64,000 nt of DNA from Eledone cirrhosa (Eukaryota), in contig OZ024740.1 in NCBI GenBank assembly GCA_964016885.1, positions 389,112,001 through 389,176,000 on the forward strand, in the 5' to 3' direction. The first letter of the stretch is position 1; each line of letters starts with the position of its first letter. Made by a program: the position numbers and the translations under genes. Below the pieces are notes generated by a model. The model did no database searches. It was given only the letters and a program-made list of their open reading frames with translations, and was not told the origin of the DNA. This document shows, piece by piece, positions 36,601 to 48,976 of this stretch.

Positions 36601-37356
36601 ATACACAGTATTTGTACTATTTATACCATGCACAACTTGAAAAAGAAATAAGCTGAAAAACTAAAGCATATGTGAAACCTAGCTGTTAAACTATAAAGAA
36701 AAACAAAACGATTGTGGTAGTTAAAGAATGTGTCTATCATTCTATTTGCATTTGACATAGGTGGGGTGATACAGAACCATTTCTGTCAGGACATTGACAA
36801 ATTATCTAATGATAGGCATAGACACTTTCCAAAAACAGCAATACTAAAATCTGTAAACATTGATAAGCTATCCTCACAAAGTGTTTGTTAATCCTGCATG
36901 TTCTTATTTACCTGTGAACATGCTTGTTAATCCTGAATATCACTATGCATGGTTTCCATTGAATATTCATGATAACCTTAGACATTTTTGTTAATCTTGA
37001 ACTTTATTTCTTTTATTAAACATGGATAGCCTTGTTAAGTTTCAACACTTCTATGAATGATATATAATTCTAGTTTGAAGAAATGACATTTTTTAATGTA
37101 TTTCATAAACCATGAATAAAATGAATAATAATTACTAACACTGATACAAGGCCACGATTTTGTGGAGAAAGTATAATCCAGTATTTGATTGATACATATT
37201 GTATTAACTCTGGTAAGATAAACATCAATGTCAATCTTAGCAGGATTTAACCACAATATAATGGGATATAACCAAATACCATAAGATATTTTGTTCAATG
37301 TTCGGCCAATTTTACCATCCACTGCCCTGATAATAATTTCTAAATAAATCACAAGG

Positions 37357-38179
37357 TCACAAATTTAGGGGAGAGAAGGTAAAAGTATATTTAATTGAGT
37401 CTCCAGTACTTGACTGGTAGTATATGTTACAGACTCCAGAAGGATGAAAAGTGAAGTTAACCATGGTGAGATTTGAACTCAAAATATAAAGACCTGGAAG
37501 AAATACATCAAAGTATTTTTTTCTGATGAATTCTGCTAATCCACCACTCAAATAATAGTTGTTTCTCACATAGGCATAAGGCCACAAATTTGGCAGGAGA
37601 GGTATAATCAATTGTATCAACCCCAATTGGTGACTGGTACTCTATTTTATCAACCCTCAAATGACCAACAGTAACGATGACCTTCACATATCCTTTCAGG
37701 TTCAATAAATACCAATAAAAAAACTGGAGTCAATACTATATGGTTCTTCTCCCTCGAAGTGCTAAGCCTTGTGCCTATGTTAGAAAGAATTATTACTGTT
37801 ATTATGGATCGCAGTATCGGTAGAGCAACAGACACCATGCTTTGGAGCATAGAGTTATGGCCCTTTGCATTCTGAGTTAAAATCCCATAGAGGTTAGCTT
37901 TGCCTTTCATTCTTACGGGATCGATAAATAAAACACCAGTAATACACTTGGGTAATTGCTGGCCTTGTGCCAAAAGTAGAAACGTTATTATCATTAATAA
38001 TTGTTTCTACTTTTGGCACAAGGCGAGCAATTATCCCAGTGTATTACTGGTACTTTATTTTATCGACCCTGTAAGGATGAAAGGCAAAGTTAACCTCGGC
38101 AGGATTTGAACTGAGATCATAAAGGGTGGTAACTCTATGCTTCAAAGCATGGTGTCCGACCCTCTACCGATACTGCCAA
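37357..38179. mobile_element. Cluster of four Meta-core SINEs, including a tail-to-tail pair 37806-37992 (+) and 37997-38179 (-)
   Basis: Repeated core and tail motifs on both strands. Confidence 0.85.
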
Positions 38180-38398
38180 ATAATAACAATAACAACTGCA
38201 TGTATTTTGGTTTTAAAATAAGTACACTGTATCTCTCCATGTTGTAAGAGGTGACTAAAGGGTTGGTATCAGAAAAGGTAACCTGCTGTAAAACACTACT
38301 TCAAAAACCCATCCAACCCATGTTAGCTTAGAAAAGCAGATGTAAAAAGAATGATTATAAAAACAAAAAACAACAATAATAACAAGTGGATGACTTAC

Positions 38399-38422
38399 TT
38401 CGTCAAACATAGGTTTATAGGT
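38399..38422 (-). CDS. Rhomboid gene: probable 5' micro-exon (TYKPMFDE), or start exon using the ATG at 38410
   Basis: Strong donor GAA|GTAAGT in phase 0 matches the next exon. YKPMFDE resembles the WKVLFDQ helix before the RHBDL3 EF-hand. The acceptor (AAG) is weak and there is an in-frame TGA at 38432-38434. Confidence 0.55.
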
Positions 38423-38826
38423 CTTAAGATTTCAAATTTCAGAGGGCGTGGCAAGATTCAGTTATGAAAATGAAAAAGAAAAAAATATATATTATTATTT
38501 TCAAACATACATATAATATTGAAGTAGGCAATGTTGTAGGTGTACAAAAAAAAACAAAACAAGGAATTTCAAGAAATGTATCAATGTACAAGAAATCAAA
38601 GTGATTAAATAACAACATGAATAGATAAATGTCACAATACATGCCTAATGTCAGATATAGAGAAAATATTTACTGGACTATATAAATCTGTTTTAATGCT
38701 CCAGTACCTTTTATAGTGAAAAAAGCAAAGAACTGGTTCAACAAGTTTGTATATCATGGGAATTCAGCAATAGTTATGTTCCCAAAACCTCAACTTGTTA
38801 TATTGAAGCTTTATCTCTCTCTCTCT

Positions 38827-39695
38827 CATCATCATCATCATCAACGTTTAACGTCCGTGTTCCACGCTTGCATGGGTTTGGATGGGGGTTTTCCCACTTG
38901 AGGCAAGAGTGGTTGTCTTGCTCGCATAGGACTGTCTGGCGGGTTTTCTACAGCTGGATGCCTTTCCTAACACCAACCACATTTACAGTGTGGGGCTGGG
39001 AGGTTTTTACCGTGTTGCCTACACGGCCAAATTACAGCGTGGACTGTCTGGCAGGTTTTCTACGGCTGGATGCCCTTCCTAACACCAACCACATTTACAG
39101 TGTGGGGCTGGCAGGTTTTTACCGTGTTGCCTACACGGCCACATTACAGCGTGGACTGTGTGTTTTTTGTCGTGACACCTACACGATCTCATTTGTTTCA
39201 GCCTGGATGTTGTGGCACCAACATAACTTTACATTGAAGGGGCGGTGTGGATGGGGGGGGGGGTATTTTGTTAGAGATGCCTACTGGCTGTAGTAGGTTT
39301 TACTTTGTATTTAGGTAAGGCGGGTCTTCTCTATTACTGAGTACCGCCAAAGGTCTCGGTCCAGTGACATTGTCTTGGAGAGGTGTAAGTGTGTGAGGTC
39401 AGAATTTATCAGCTCGTCCCAGGTTTTTCTGGGTCTGCCTATTCCGTGGCTACCGTCTATCTTTATTGCCCTGCACTTTGTTATACAGCTGTCGTCTTTC
39501 ATGCGCATCACGTGGCCATACCAACGTAGCCTTCTCTCAAGTAAACAACATCTGATCCCTCTTATTTCTAATTTTTTCCTTAGTTCGTTTATGCTTTGCC
39601 GTTCACGTATGTTACTATTACACATCCAGCGGAGCATGCAAGCTTTGTTCCTCTCTAGTCTGCGTATATCCTCTGCACACAATGCCCAGGTCTCA
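38827..39695 (-). mobile_element. 5'-truncated young RTE copy with a tandem duplication of about 111 bp in the 3' UTR
   Basis: Near-identical to 4171-4919. ggactgtctggc starts at both 38929 and 39040. (TA)n at the 5' junction. Confidence 0.93.
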
Positions 39696-39724
39696 TATAT
39701 ATATATATATATATATATAATTGG

Positions 39725-40268
39725 TGTTGGATGCTTAAAGCGTCTATATGCGGTAGGCTGTAAGAGCACTCAATGCCCTCGTAGAGCAGAGTATGATATC
39801 ACAGAAAAAAGAGAGTCAGTGTTGCGATGAAAGGAATTTATTGAACATATTACAATTGTTTCTTGGGCGACCAGCTCGAGGCACGATCGATGTGGTGATC
39901 AAACCTGACTCTGAAATCGCGTGGTCCTCGGATACGTCTCGATTCTACGAAGCAGATTTTCCTATAGTCCTTTAACATCGAATATCTTCGTTTGTTGATT
40001 TAGATCCTGTTGTTGTCATTCTATGAGTGGTCAAGAATTGTACACGTCACCGGTATTTCTAGCCAATCACAGTTGCCCACTTCTTGATTCTTCTCGCTCT
40101 CCACCTGTCAACCAAAATTTCTTCATGTATCAGAATTACTATTGTGGTGGGAGGAGGGCTGTAATCTTGAACGGCTGGCATCACTTCGACGTCTTCTTTG
40201 CCCCTAGGCGCCTTAGTCTACATCGGTCAGGTACACACCCGCAATTATGCTGTATGCGGCATTCATCA
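39725..40268 (-). mobile_element. Possible solo LTR
   Basis: TG...CA ends with an 8/10 inverted match (tgttggatgc vs gcattcatca), AATAAA on the minus strand, CpG-rich relative to flanks. No TSD found. Confidence 0.35.
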
Positions 40269-41824
40269 TAAATAATGTTTTGCGGGAATTTTTTAAAAAA
40301 AACAAATCATGGGGATATTTAGCGTAACATTTGTGGGACACAGCTTTAGAATGCCCTCCACCATATATATTTCAAAAAGAAAAAGAAAAAAAAAAACCTG
40401 TATTAAGAACGTTTTTAAAAACGTTTTAAAAAAAAAGCTTTCAACAGCCTTTCAAACAGAAGGGCTATATCAAAGGTGTTTTCAACAAATACACCCAATT
40501 CTACACTTACACTCTGGACTCAGGGGAGCGCGCAGAGCCAAGATGCCGCACATATATAGACAGATGAGAAGAGAAAAATCCATGGAAAGTCATCCGTACC
40601 CCCACGTAGACATGCTCAGACAAATACATCGACCCAGGCATGCGACCACCCGTGCTCATGCATGTCTGTGTGGACACACATACATACATGCACCTGCATG
40701 CTCCCACACTGGAGGCATATACTTGATGAGTACCCCCTCATCCGTCTTCCCATGCACCACTGCGCAGATGGTGTACACAGAATTGTATGAGACAACGCAT
40801 ATGAGGCCTTGACCCAACCCGATCACGTGGTGGTGTGAGTCCGAAGGTGCCTGCACAATATGCCTAAATGTTACGGCAGCACAATATCCCTGCACTAATC
40901 GCATATAGCGTGGGTGGCACATATATAAAAAAAAATTGTACATACATAACATAAAATAATGAAATAATATACAATAATAAAATAAAATAAGATAAAATAC
41001 AATAAAATAATATGCTGGAAAAAGAGAATGCATACATGGCAAGGATGCAGAGGGGGACCGGGCCTTATTGAGGTGTGCGTAAAGTTGCATACAATAGTTG
41101 GGGGCTGTGGTGCAAATGTTTATATGATATACATGGGGGCTGGTGGGCTAAGACACTGGGTGGGAGCCTGCGCATGATGCAGGTCTTGTTGCTTGTATAT
41201 ATTGTGGTTATGTGTAACATCCATTTCATAAAAGTATATATGAGATATGCATGGGTTTTATGTATACATGGAATATAAAGGGTAAGTGTTTCATAACAAT
41301 ATATATGGAATGCACGTGGAGTGTATGTATGATGTAATGTGCCAGTGGCATGCGTTGTGTGCGTGTGAATATCAGCGGCATGGAACGACAAAATTAAAAC
41401 TTGAAATCAAAATCAAAATTAACATTACAACTAACTACAACATTAACCTCAAGACCAGCATCATGTCCATCATCCAAGTAGCGGATTAAGCACCGCGAAT
41501 CGAATATCGGAAATCAACAATTTTAAAGTTTGAAAATTTAGAAATTTGAAAATTTAAAACCACACATTTGTTTGTAGACCCAATCCTACTTGTAATGAGT
41601 CGGTGTCTGCAAATTGGTGTGGTGGTGCTATTAAGGTGTTCTACGAGGTAGGCAATGCTGGATCTGTCATTGCTATCAGCTTGTGCTGTCAAGCATTCAT
41701 AGTTATGCAGTGTTCTATGGTGGTCCACTGCATGCGCTCCACCTGGTGTTGGGGTGGTGGTGGTGCGCTATGTAGATCCATCCAGTATCACTAGGGCGGA
41801 GAGTGTGCATTTATGTTAGTGATC

Positions 41825-42372
41825 CATAGGTGTGCTAGGAGTAGCAGCTAAACAGGGACCTTATTGGTGGTCCATAGGTGTGCTAGAATTAGCAGCTACA
41901 TCGGCTAAGCAGGGGGATATAATGTTGGACTATAGTTATGCTAGAAATAGCAGCTATATAGGGGGAACCCCATGGAGGTCAATAGGTCTTCTAGAAATAG
42001 CATCTACATCAGCTAAACAGGGTAAACACCATGGTGGTCCATAATTGTATTAGAAATAGCAGCTAGATAGGGAGAACTCTTATGAAGGTTTATAGGTGTG
42101 CTAGAAATAGTAGCTAAATAGGAGGAACCTCATGGTGGTCTATAGGTGTGTTACAAATAGCATCTACATCAGCTAAACATCATGGTGGTCCATTGGTGTG
42201 CTAGCAATAGCAACTTAATAGGGGGAACTTCGTGGTGGTCCATAGGTGTACTCCTGGGGCTAAACAACATCAGTTCTGGGGCTAAACATCAGTTCTGGGG
42301 CTAAACATCTCTCCTGGGGATAAACAACATCTGCCTGGGGCTAAACAACATCTGTCCCTAGGCTAAACAACA
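41825..42372. repeat. Degenerate tandem arrays: units of roughly 50-60 bp (ggtccataggtgtgctagaaatagcagct...), then about 20-bp ctggggctaaacaacat units
   Basis: About eight copies of the first unit and about six of the second. Confidence 0.85.
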
Positions 42373-42383
42373 CCAATCTTGAG

Positions 42384-42948
42384 GTAATAGATTGGCAGTA
42401 TCAGTAGAACATCATAAACCATCCTTTGTAATCTATAGTTGCGGCCCTTTAAGGCTTAAGTTTAAATCCCACCAAGGTTTGCTTTGCCTTCCATCCTTAC
42501 CAAGTCGATAAAATAAAGCACCAGTAATGCACTGGGGTCGATATAATCGATCCCCACCCCCTCCCCTTAAAAATTGCTTGCCCTGTGCCAAAAGTAGAAA
42601 CAATTATTTTGTCCTAATATTTCAGGAATTAAAAATTCCTCCATCAAAATGTTCTGGTCTTGTCTCTTTGATATTTGATTTAAATTTTAAATTTAGAAAC
42701 TGCTTTCAAGTGTTATGTTTTGACGTTTGCTGTAGTATCCATGAGAAGCTGGGTGATGTATTTACTGAAAATAATTGTTTCTACTTTTGGCACAAGGCCA
42801 GCAATTACCCAGTGCATTACTGGTACTTTATTTTATCGACCCCGTAAGGATGAAAGGCAAAGTTAACCTCGGCGGGATTTGAAATCAGAATGGCAAGGGC
42901 CATAATTCTATGCGTCAAAGCATGGCGTCCGACCCTCTACCGATACTG
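42384..42948. mobile_element. Inverted pair of Meta-core SINEs, 42384-42608 (+) and 42771-42948 (-)
   Basis: Core and tail motifs in opposite orientation about 160 nt apart. Confidence 0.8.
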
Positions 42949-43636
42949 AAAATAATGTTAACACAATTGGCAGAACATTTTTGACAGGAGTTGAAATGAG
43001 AAGGGTCTTTCCCCCTTTTCTTATAAATAATCATTACTTTAAACTTCTGTTTATATCTATAGCAGTATTGTGTTGTTCTCCCTCAATTAACAGTCTAACT
43101 ACCATTTTTTTTCTACCTTTCTTGTGCCTTTGTGCCTCTTTAATGTTGCTGTTTGTGTTACTTTTTGGCTCTGTTAGGATATATTCACACTTATTTACCT
43201 TACAACAACCTTTTTTTCTGATGACAACCCTCTAATGTGAGAGATCAGCAGCAAGTCTTTATAGAAAAGATATAGTAAGAGGGTGTATATAGGTGAGATA
43301 GCTGTAAGAAGTCTTTATGGAAAGGGGATGGTAACAGTGTCTATGTGAGAGAGAGAGTTGTAACAAGTCTTTATAGAAAGGAGATGGTAAGAATATGTGT
43401 GTGAAAGCTTCTTTAAATCCTGGATGGCAATATGTGTGTGCATATATATATATATATATATACGTCTATATATGTAAATATGTGTATGTATACATATATA
43501 TCATCATCATCATCATCTTCGTTTAACGTCCTTCTTCCACGCTAGCATGGGTTATATATATATATATATATATATGGCGCATGTCTCTCCGACAGACATG
43601 ACACCCTTAATTTAATTTTGGATATATATATATATA

Positions 43637-43707
<71 letters not shown>

Positions 43708-44676
43708 TTAGATAATTTTAAAAGCCATGCAATGCATTGAAGAATTGGAAGTGCCAGGGTGATGGTGGAGTTTTGCCTTGGCAAATTTAAAAAATTAATC
43801 ATCCCAAATATTTTGGGGTTTAAAAACCCATTATCAAGGGAGGATCCATGTGAAGATCTTAAAGGACCAGCCGGAGATGAGTTGTTATTTGGATAATTAA
43901 ATTTGCTAAGGTGGAGTTTTGTCGTTGTCGTCGCACCTTTAGTTTTTTTTTAATGCATAGTACTGGGCTCCAACTGGCCTCTTCGTATAGTGGTGCCATC
44001 CAATGACAGGCCTATACCCCCCCCCCCCCCCCCCAAAAAAAAGATGGTTTCATACTGAGAAGGGTTCATCATATGGAGAGTACCAGGCCCCGAAACTGGG
44101 ATGCCGGTATGAAAGGTGTTCGGTGCAGCCAAATCCCTTAGTGGCGTCATCCACTGCCGGGCTTAGAAAAAAAAAAAAAAAATGTTTTCCTGCTGTGGGC
44201 CAGGCTACCAAACAGCAGTCCCGCACCTATCCTTCCTCATAGCGGCATCATTTAGTATTGGACCCCTCATCTATTGTAATACTGTGTGGCGGGTTCGGCA
44301 CAGCCAGCTGGCCTGTCCCTCCTTATGGTGGTGCCATGAAGCTATGGCTATATGTGAGATGGGTTAGGCTCCTCATATCAGCGCCATCCAGTACCGGGCT
44401 CTACTGTGTGATGGGTTGGGCTCCGAAAACATGTTTCCGTTGTGAGATGGGCTCAGCACTGCCAACTGGCCTGTCCATCCTCATAATGGAATGATCCAGT
44501 TCCACACAGTAAATGTGGTTGGTTTTAGGAAGAGCATCCAGCTGTAAAATACCCAGCCAAATTTACAGTCCCCGTCGGAGCAAGGTGCAACACATGGCCA
44601 ACACAGGCCAGACTTGCCTCCCGGTGTGGACAACCCGTCTAACCCATGCAAGCGTGGAAAAATTGATGTTAAATGA

Positions 44677-44733
<57 letters not shown>

Positions 44734-44739
44734 TAAGAA

Positions 44740-45540
44740 GCATTTTAAGGCCATCTTTCCTGATAAAGCTTCTCCAGTTTTCCCTATCATCTGCATCACC
44801 TCTCTGGCTTTCATTTCATCCTCCATCATTTTTAGCTATGTCTTTCTTAGTCTCCTACGTCTTTCCACATTCATTTCTATCACTCCTCTCACCCAATCAC
44901 ATTCATTTTCCATCAACATTCTCATTCCATTTCTCTTCACAACATTCATCTCTGGCTCTATTCCTATCATCATCTGCAATTCCTTGTTACTCTTCTTCTC
45001 TTTATCAGTGATTCTCCACTTATCCACCTAACCATTCTTATTTGCATTCTTTCCCTCCTTCTCTGTTGTTCCACATTTATAACCCATGTCTCACTCCCAC
45101 CAACCATAACACTTCTCTTAAATGCAGCATACACTTGTCCCTTTAGTTTCAGTGACACTTCTCTCTTCATTAGCACACTATTCAGTTCCTGGAACTTGTA
45201 AGCACATCTCACTCGAAATACTGTCACAGAGTCTGATCCACCTTTTCCATTTAACATGTCTCTAAGTTAAAACATTTTCAGTTTCCATCTTCTCACTATT
45301 CCCAAGATACAGCTCAACATCTTAGTCTTTAGTTCTCTCTATACACACTTTACATTTAAATGTAGATGCCACATCATTAAATAATCTCTTCATACCACTA
45401 CATTTTTATATACCCACCACATACATATACATTTAAGGAAGTTCACTCCAACACCTTTCTTGCACACTACACATGGCCACCTTCCTGTTCTTTCCTTCTC
45501 ATGAAATGCTTTACCATTTTCAATCACCATCATTAATAAT
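44740..45540 (-). mobile_element. Old RTE LINE 3' fragment with PHD remnant
   Basis: CVVCKKGVGVNFLKC..., VSLKLKGQVYAAFKRSVMVGGSETW. Confidence 0.75.
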
Positions 45541-45972
45541 ATGTGTGCATGTCTGTATGCATTGTATGTTTTTGATTTTGTCTCTTTTACTAACCTGGAG
45601 GAATTAGTTATACTTCAACATGTGTTCCAAGACTGGTGAGATTAATATAGTTAATGTTTCTTTTGATCAACTGCAAGTTGATGGCTACATTAAAAACATA
45701 GCCAAGGGAAAGTTCAAGATTAGAGATTCTAGAGAGTGGACAAAGTGGTCAGTTTGAGACTTTGGATACAATATGGCTGACTAAAGAAGGAGAGATAATT
45801 GAATCAAGAGGACCAGAGCATTAGTGACACAAAAGCATCCAAATCCAAGAAGCAGCAGCCACAGTAGTAGTGCTGGGGAAAAAGGGAAAAGTTGGAGGAC
45901 TGAAGATCTGTAGGCTAGAGATCAGAGTCTGTTGATGAGAAACTTCAGGCTATTCAATTGACTGACCTTTTT

Positions 45973-46923
45973 TAGACTCAAGCATTTGTATATAACCATA
46001 CATGTATGCGTTTGTATGCAGGTATGTGAGTCTTTGTGTGTATGTGTTCAATGAGTGTGTGTATATAAATGTAGAATTAAAATTACTGAACCTTCTATGA
46101 AGACTTTGTGACATTGATTTGACAGTTTTTTCATGTCAAAGTAACAATGTTTTCTTAAGAAACAAATTAATTAATGTTGGCTTGTTGTTTCTCTTCTATA
46201 TTTCAATGATCAAGTTAGCATTTATACTTAACACTTTTGCTAAGATATTTTTAATAAAAAACACTGTCTATGGTTTTCAAATAATTCTTGGAAGTATTTA
46301 GTAATATAACTAGCCTTCTCATTATTAAGTTGCTGTTTGAAGCATAGCTAACTTCTTCCATAAAATTATGATGGAAGGTTTTTCAATGAGTAAAAACACT
46401 TCAAAATCTGGGATTTTTTTAGATGGATTGGCATCAAAAGAGTTTTTAAAATATGTTAATGTGTATAAGTGTATCTTCCTGTCTGTTGTTGTCTGCTGGT
46501 TTGTCTATCTGTCTGTCTGTGTCAACTAGTTAGATGCTGACACACAGACAACCACAACTAGAGACAGACAATTATCCAACAGACAGCAACAGGCAGAGCA
46601 GAAGACATTGACATACTTGAAGTATAAATATAAAGGTCATGTCTCAGTATGTTCATACTAATCAGCAATCCAAAATGCTAACTTGATCATTGAAATATAG
46701 AAGAGAAACAACAAGCCAACATTAATTAGTTTGTTTCTTAAGAAAACATTGTTACTTTGACATGAAAAAACTGTCAAATCAATGTCACAAAGTCTTCATA
46801 GAAGGTTCAGTAATTTTAATTCTACATTTATATACACACACTCATTGAACACATGCACACAAAGACTCACATACCTGCATACAAACGCATACATGCATGG
46901 TTATATACAAATGCTTGAGTCTA
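45973..46923. repeat. Long inverted repeat: 251-bp arms (45973-46223 and 46673-46923), about 450-bp spacer
   Basis: Arms are reverse complements with only a few mismatches. Confidence 0.92.
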
Positions 46924-47190
46924 TATACAAATGCTTGAATGCATGTATGTATACACATACATACACACACATTTACACATAAATAAGTGACTAATATACT
47001 GACCTTTGCATGCACCAATGCACTAAGATATACAGGTTTGCTAGTAAGATATACACACATGCATAAACAAACAGACAGACATATGTGAGTGTGTATTAAA
47101 CTTAAGCCAAAATCTCATTTCAAAACAGCATACTCTACTTGTTTTTTCTCAAAGACATCACATCCTTACTTGATGATTATTTTATTTATA

Positions 47191-47705
47191 CGAGGGCGCT
47201 TCAAAAGGTTTGTGGAAAAAAAAATATAGCTAAAAATCATATACAGGGATGTTGATCTCAATGTACCTGTATGTTCCCGTACTAATGTGTCATAACATGT
47301 TCTAACATGAACCCTTAAATGCATGTTGCAACATGGCAGTGCCAGTTGGAAGTCAGCACCAGGGTCTCTATCAAAATATCAAATTCATGGTGAAGCTAAG
47401 GTGGAAGAGCAGCCAAATCATTGATGCTCTGGAGCATTTTTATGGGGACAATGACCTGAAAAAATCAACATACAAATGGTTATTTTAGAAATGGAAAAAA
47501 TGAGGTTGATTATTATCCCCAGTTGAATATGTAAAAAAAGCTGCTTTGACTTGGTTTAAATTACATGGCTCTGTCTTACACAGATGGACTTACAGGCTGG
47601 TATCAATGCTTGCAGAAGTGTATTGACCTAGATGGAGCACATGTTGAAAAATAAACATCATAACTTAAACTGTCTTTTTCTACAAACTTGTTTGAAGCCC
47701 CCTCG
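47191..47705 (+). mobile_element. Internally deleted mariner (irritans subfamily, Hsmar2-like)
   Basis: TA|CGAGGGCGCTTCAAAAGGTTTGTGGAAAAA with a matching right TIR. NIKFMVKLRWKSSQIIDALEHFYGDN is joined to DGLTGWYQCLQKCIDLDGAHVEK*. Confidence 0.88.
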
Positions 47706-47769
47706 TGTGCATATATATATATCCTTTTTCATCATTTTCATTTTACGTCCGCTTTTTCCCTATATATAA

Positions 47770-48520
47770 GCATCATCATCATCATCATCGTTTAATGTCT
47801 ATCTTCCATGCTAGCATGGGTTAGACGGGAATTGTCCCACTTGAGGCAAGATTGGTCGGGTGACCGTGTCTCGCTCGTATAGGACTATCTGGTAGGTTTT
47901 CTACGGCTGGATGCCCTTCCTAACACCAACCATATTTACAGTGTGGACTGGGAACTTTTTACCGTGTTACCTACACGGCCACATTACATCATGGACTGTG
48001 GGGTTTTTTTTTGTGACACCTACACAACCTCATTAGTTTGGACTGGATGTTGTGGTACCAACATAACTTTATAGAGAAAGGGTGGTGTTGGCAAGAGTGG
48101 GAGGATGGAGTAGGGGTAGTGGGTTGAGGGTGTATGTTTGGTTTGGAGGGGCTTACTGACTGTAGGTTAACTTTGCACGTAGGGAAGGCAGGTCTTCTGT
48201 ATTACTGCGTGACACCAAAGATCTCGATCCAGTGACATTGTCTTAGAGAGGTGAAAGTGTACAAGGTCAGAATTTATCAAATCGTCCCAGGTTTTTCTGG
48301 GTCTAGCTACTCCATAACTTCCATCAATTTTGATCACTCTGCACTTTTTTATACAGCTGTCGTCTCTCAATTAAACAGCATCTGATCCCTCTTATTCCTA
48401 ATTTCTAACTTAGTTCATTTATGTTTTGTCATTCGTGTATTACACATCCAACGGAGCATGCATGATCATTCCTTTCCAGTCTGCACACAATGCCCATGTC
48501 TCACTGCCATGTAACAACAT
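47770..48520 (-). mobile_element. 5'-truncated older copy of the RTE family
   Basis: LHGSETWALCA...RPRKTWDDLINSDL..., 3' UTR, and a (CAT)n run on the plus strand. Confidence 0.88.
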
Positions 48521-48976
48521 ATATACACACATTTATTACAAACATACTTCTACCTAAACAACATGTACTAGTGACAAGATACAAATAGTCAACCTTTCAA
48601 CCAAACAGATGGAACCTGTTTTATCAAGAAGGACTAGAGTAAAATATCCTTAATCATTAACCCTAATAAATAGTTAGAATTGAGTCTAACAACATGAGGA
48701 ACCAATGGATCATATTCTGTTTTATCTATCTCACTATCTATCAATCAAAATGCAAATCTATGTTCAAGAAACTATATATATATATATTTAACCATACAGT
48801 TAACTAACTAGACACAGTTACATATTCTGAACACTTCCAAACATTTGTAGGGGGACTCAATACATAAAGCTGACCGTGATTATAAGACTGATGCAAGAGC
48901 AAGACGCCACATTTTGATCTACCTTAGCTTATAACAGATTATAGATTGTATGTGTATATATATATATATATATATA

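Larger units (their letters stand above)
10863..38422 (-). other. Multi-exon gene: EF-hand rhomboid intramembrane serine protease (RHBDL1/2/3 group, rhomboid-4-like); final coding exon not seen
   Basis: Exons 38399-38422 (tentative), 34690-34845, 31117-31278, 24850-25004, 16336-16448, 13866-13966, 13429-13522 and 10863-10958 join in frame (about 300 aa) with GT-AG sites. The product has an EF-hand N-terminus, YTCCPPP, EAWRF, HLIFN, GASGG and AHIGG. Confidence 0.95.

Noticed and set aside
41825-42372. Repeat-spacer-like array resembling CRISPR
   Set aside because: Eukaryotic context, degenerate units with related rather than unique spacers, and no cas genes.
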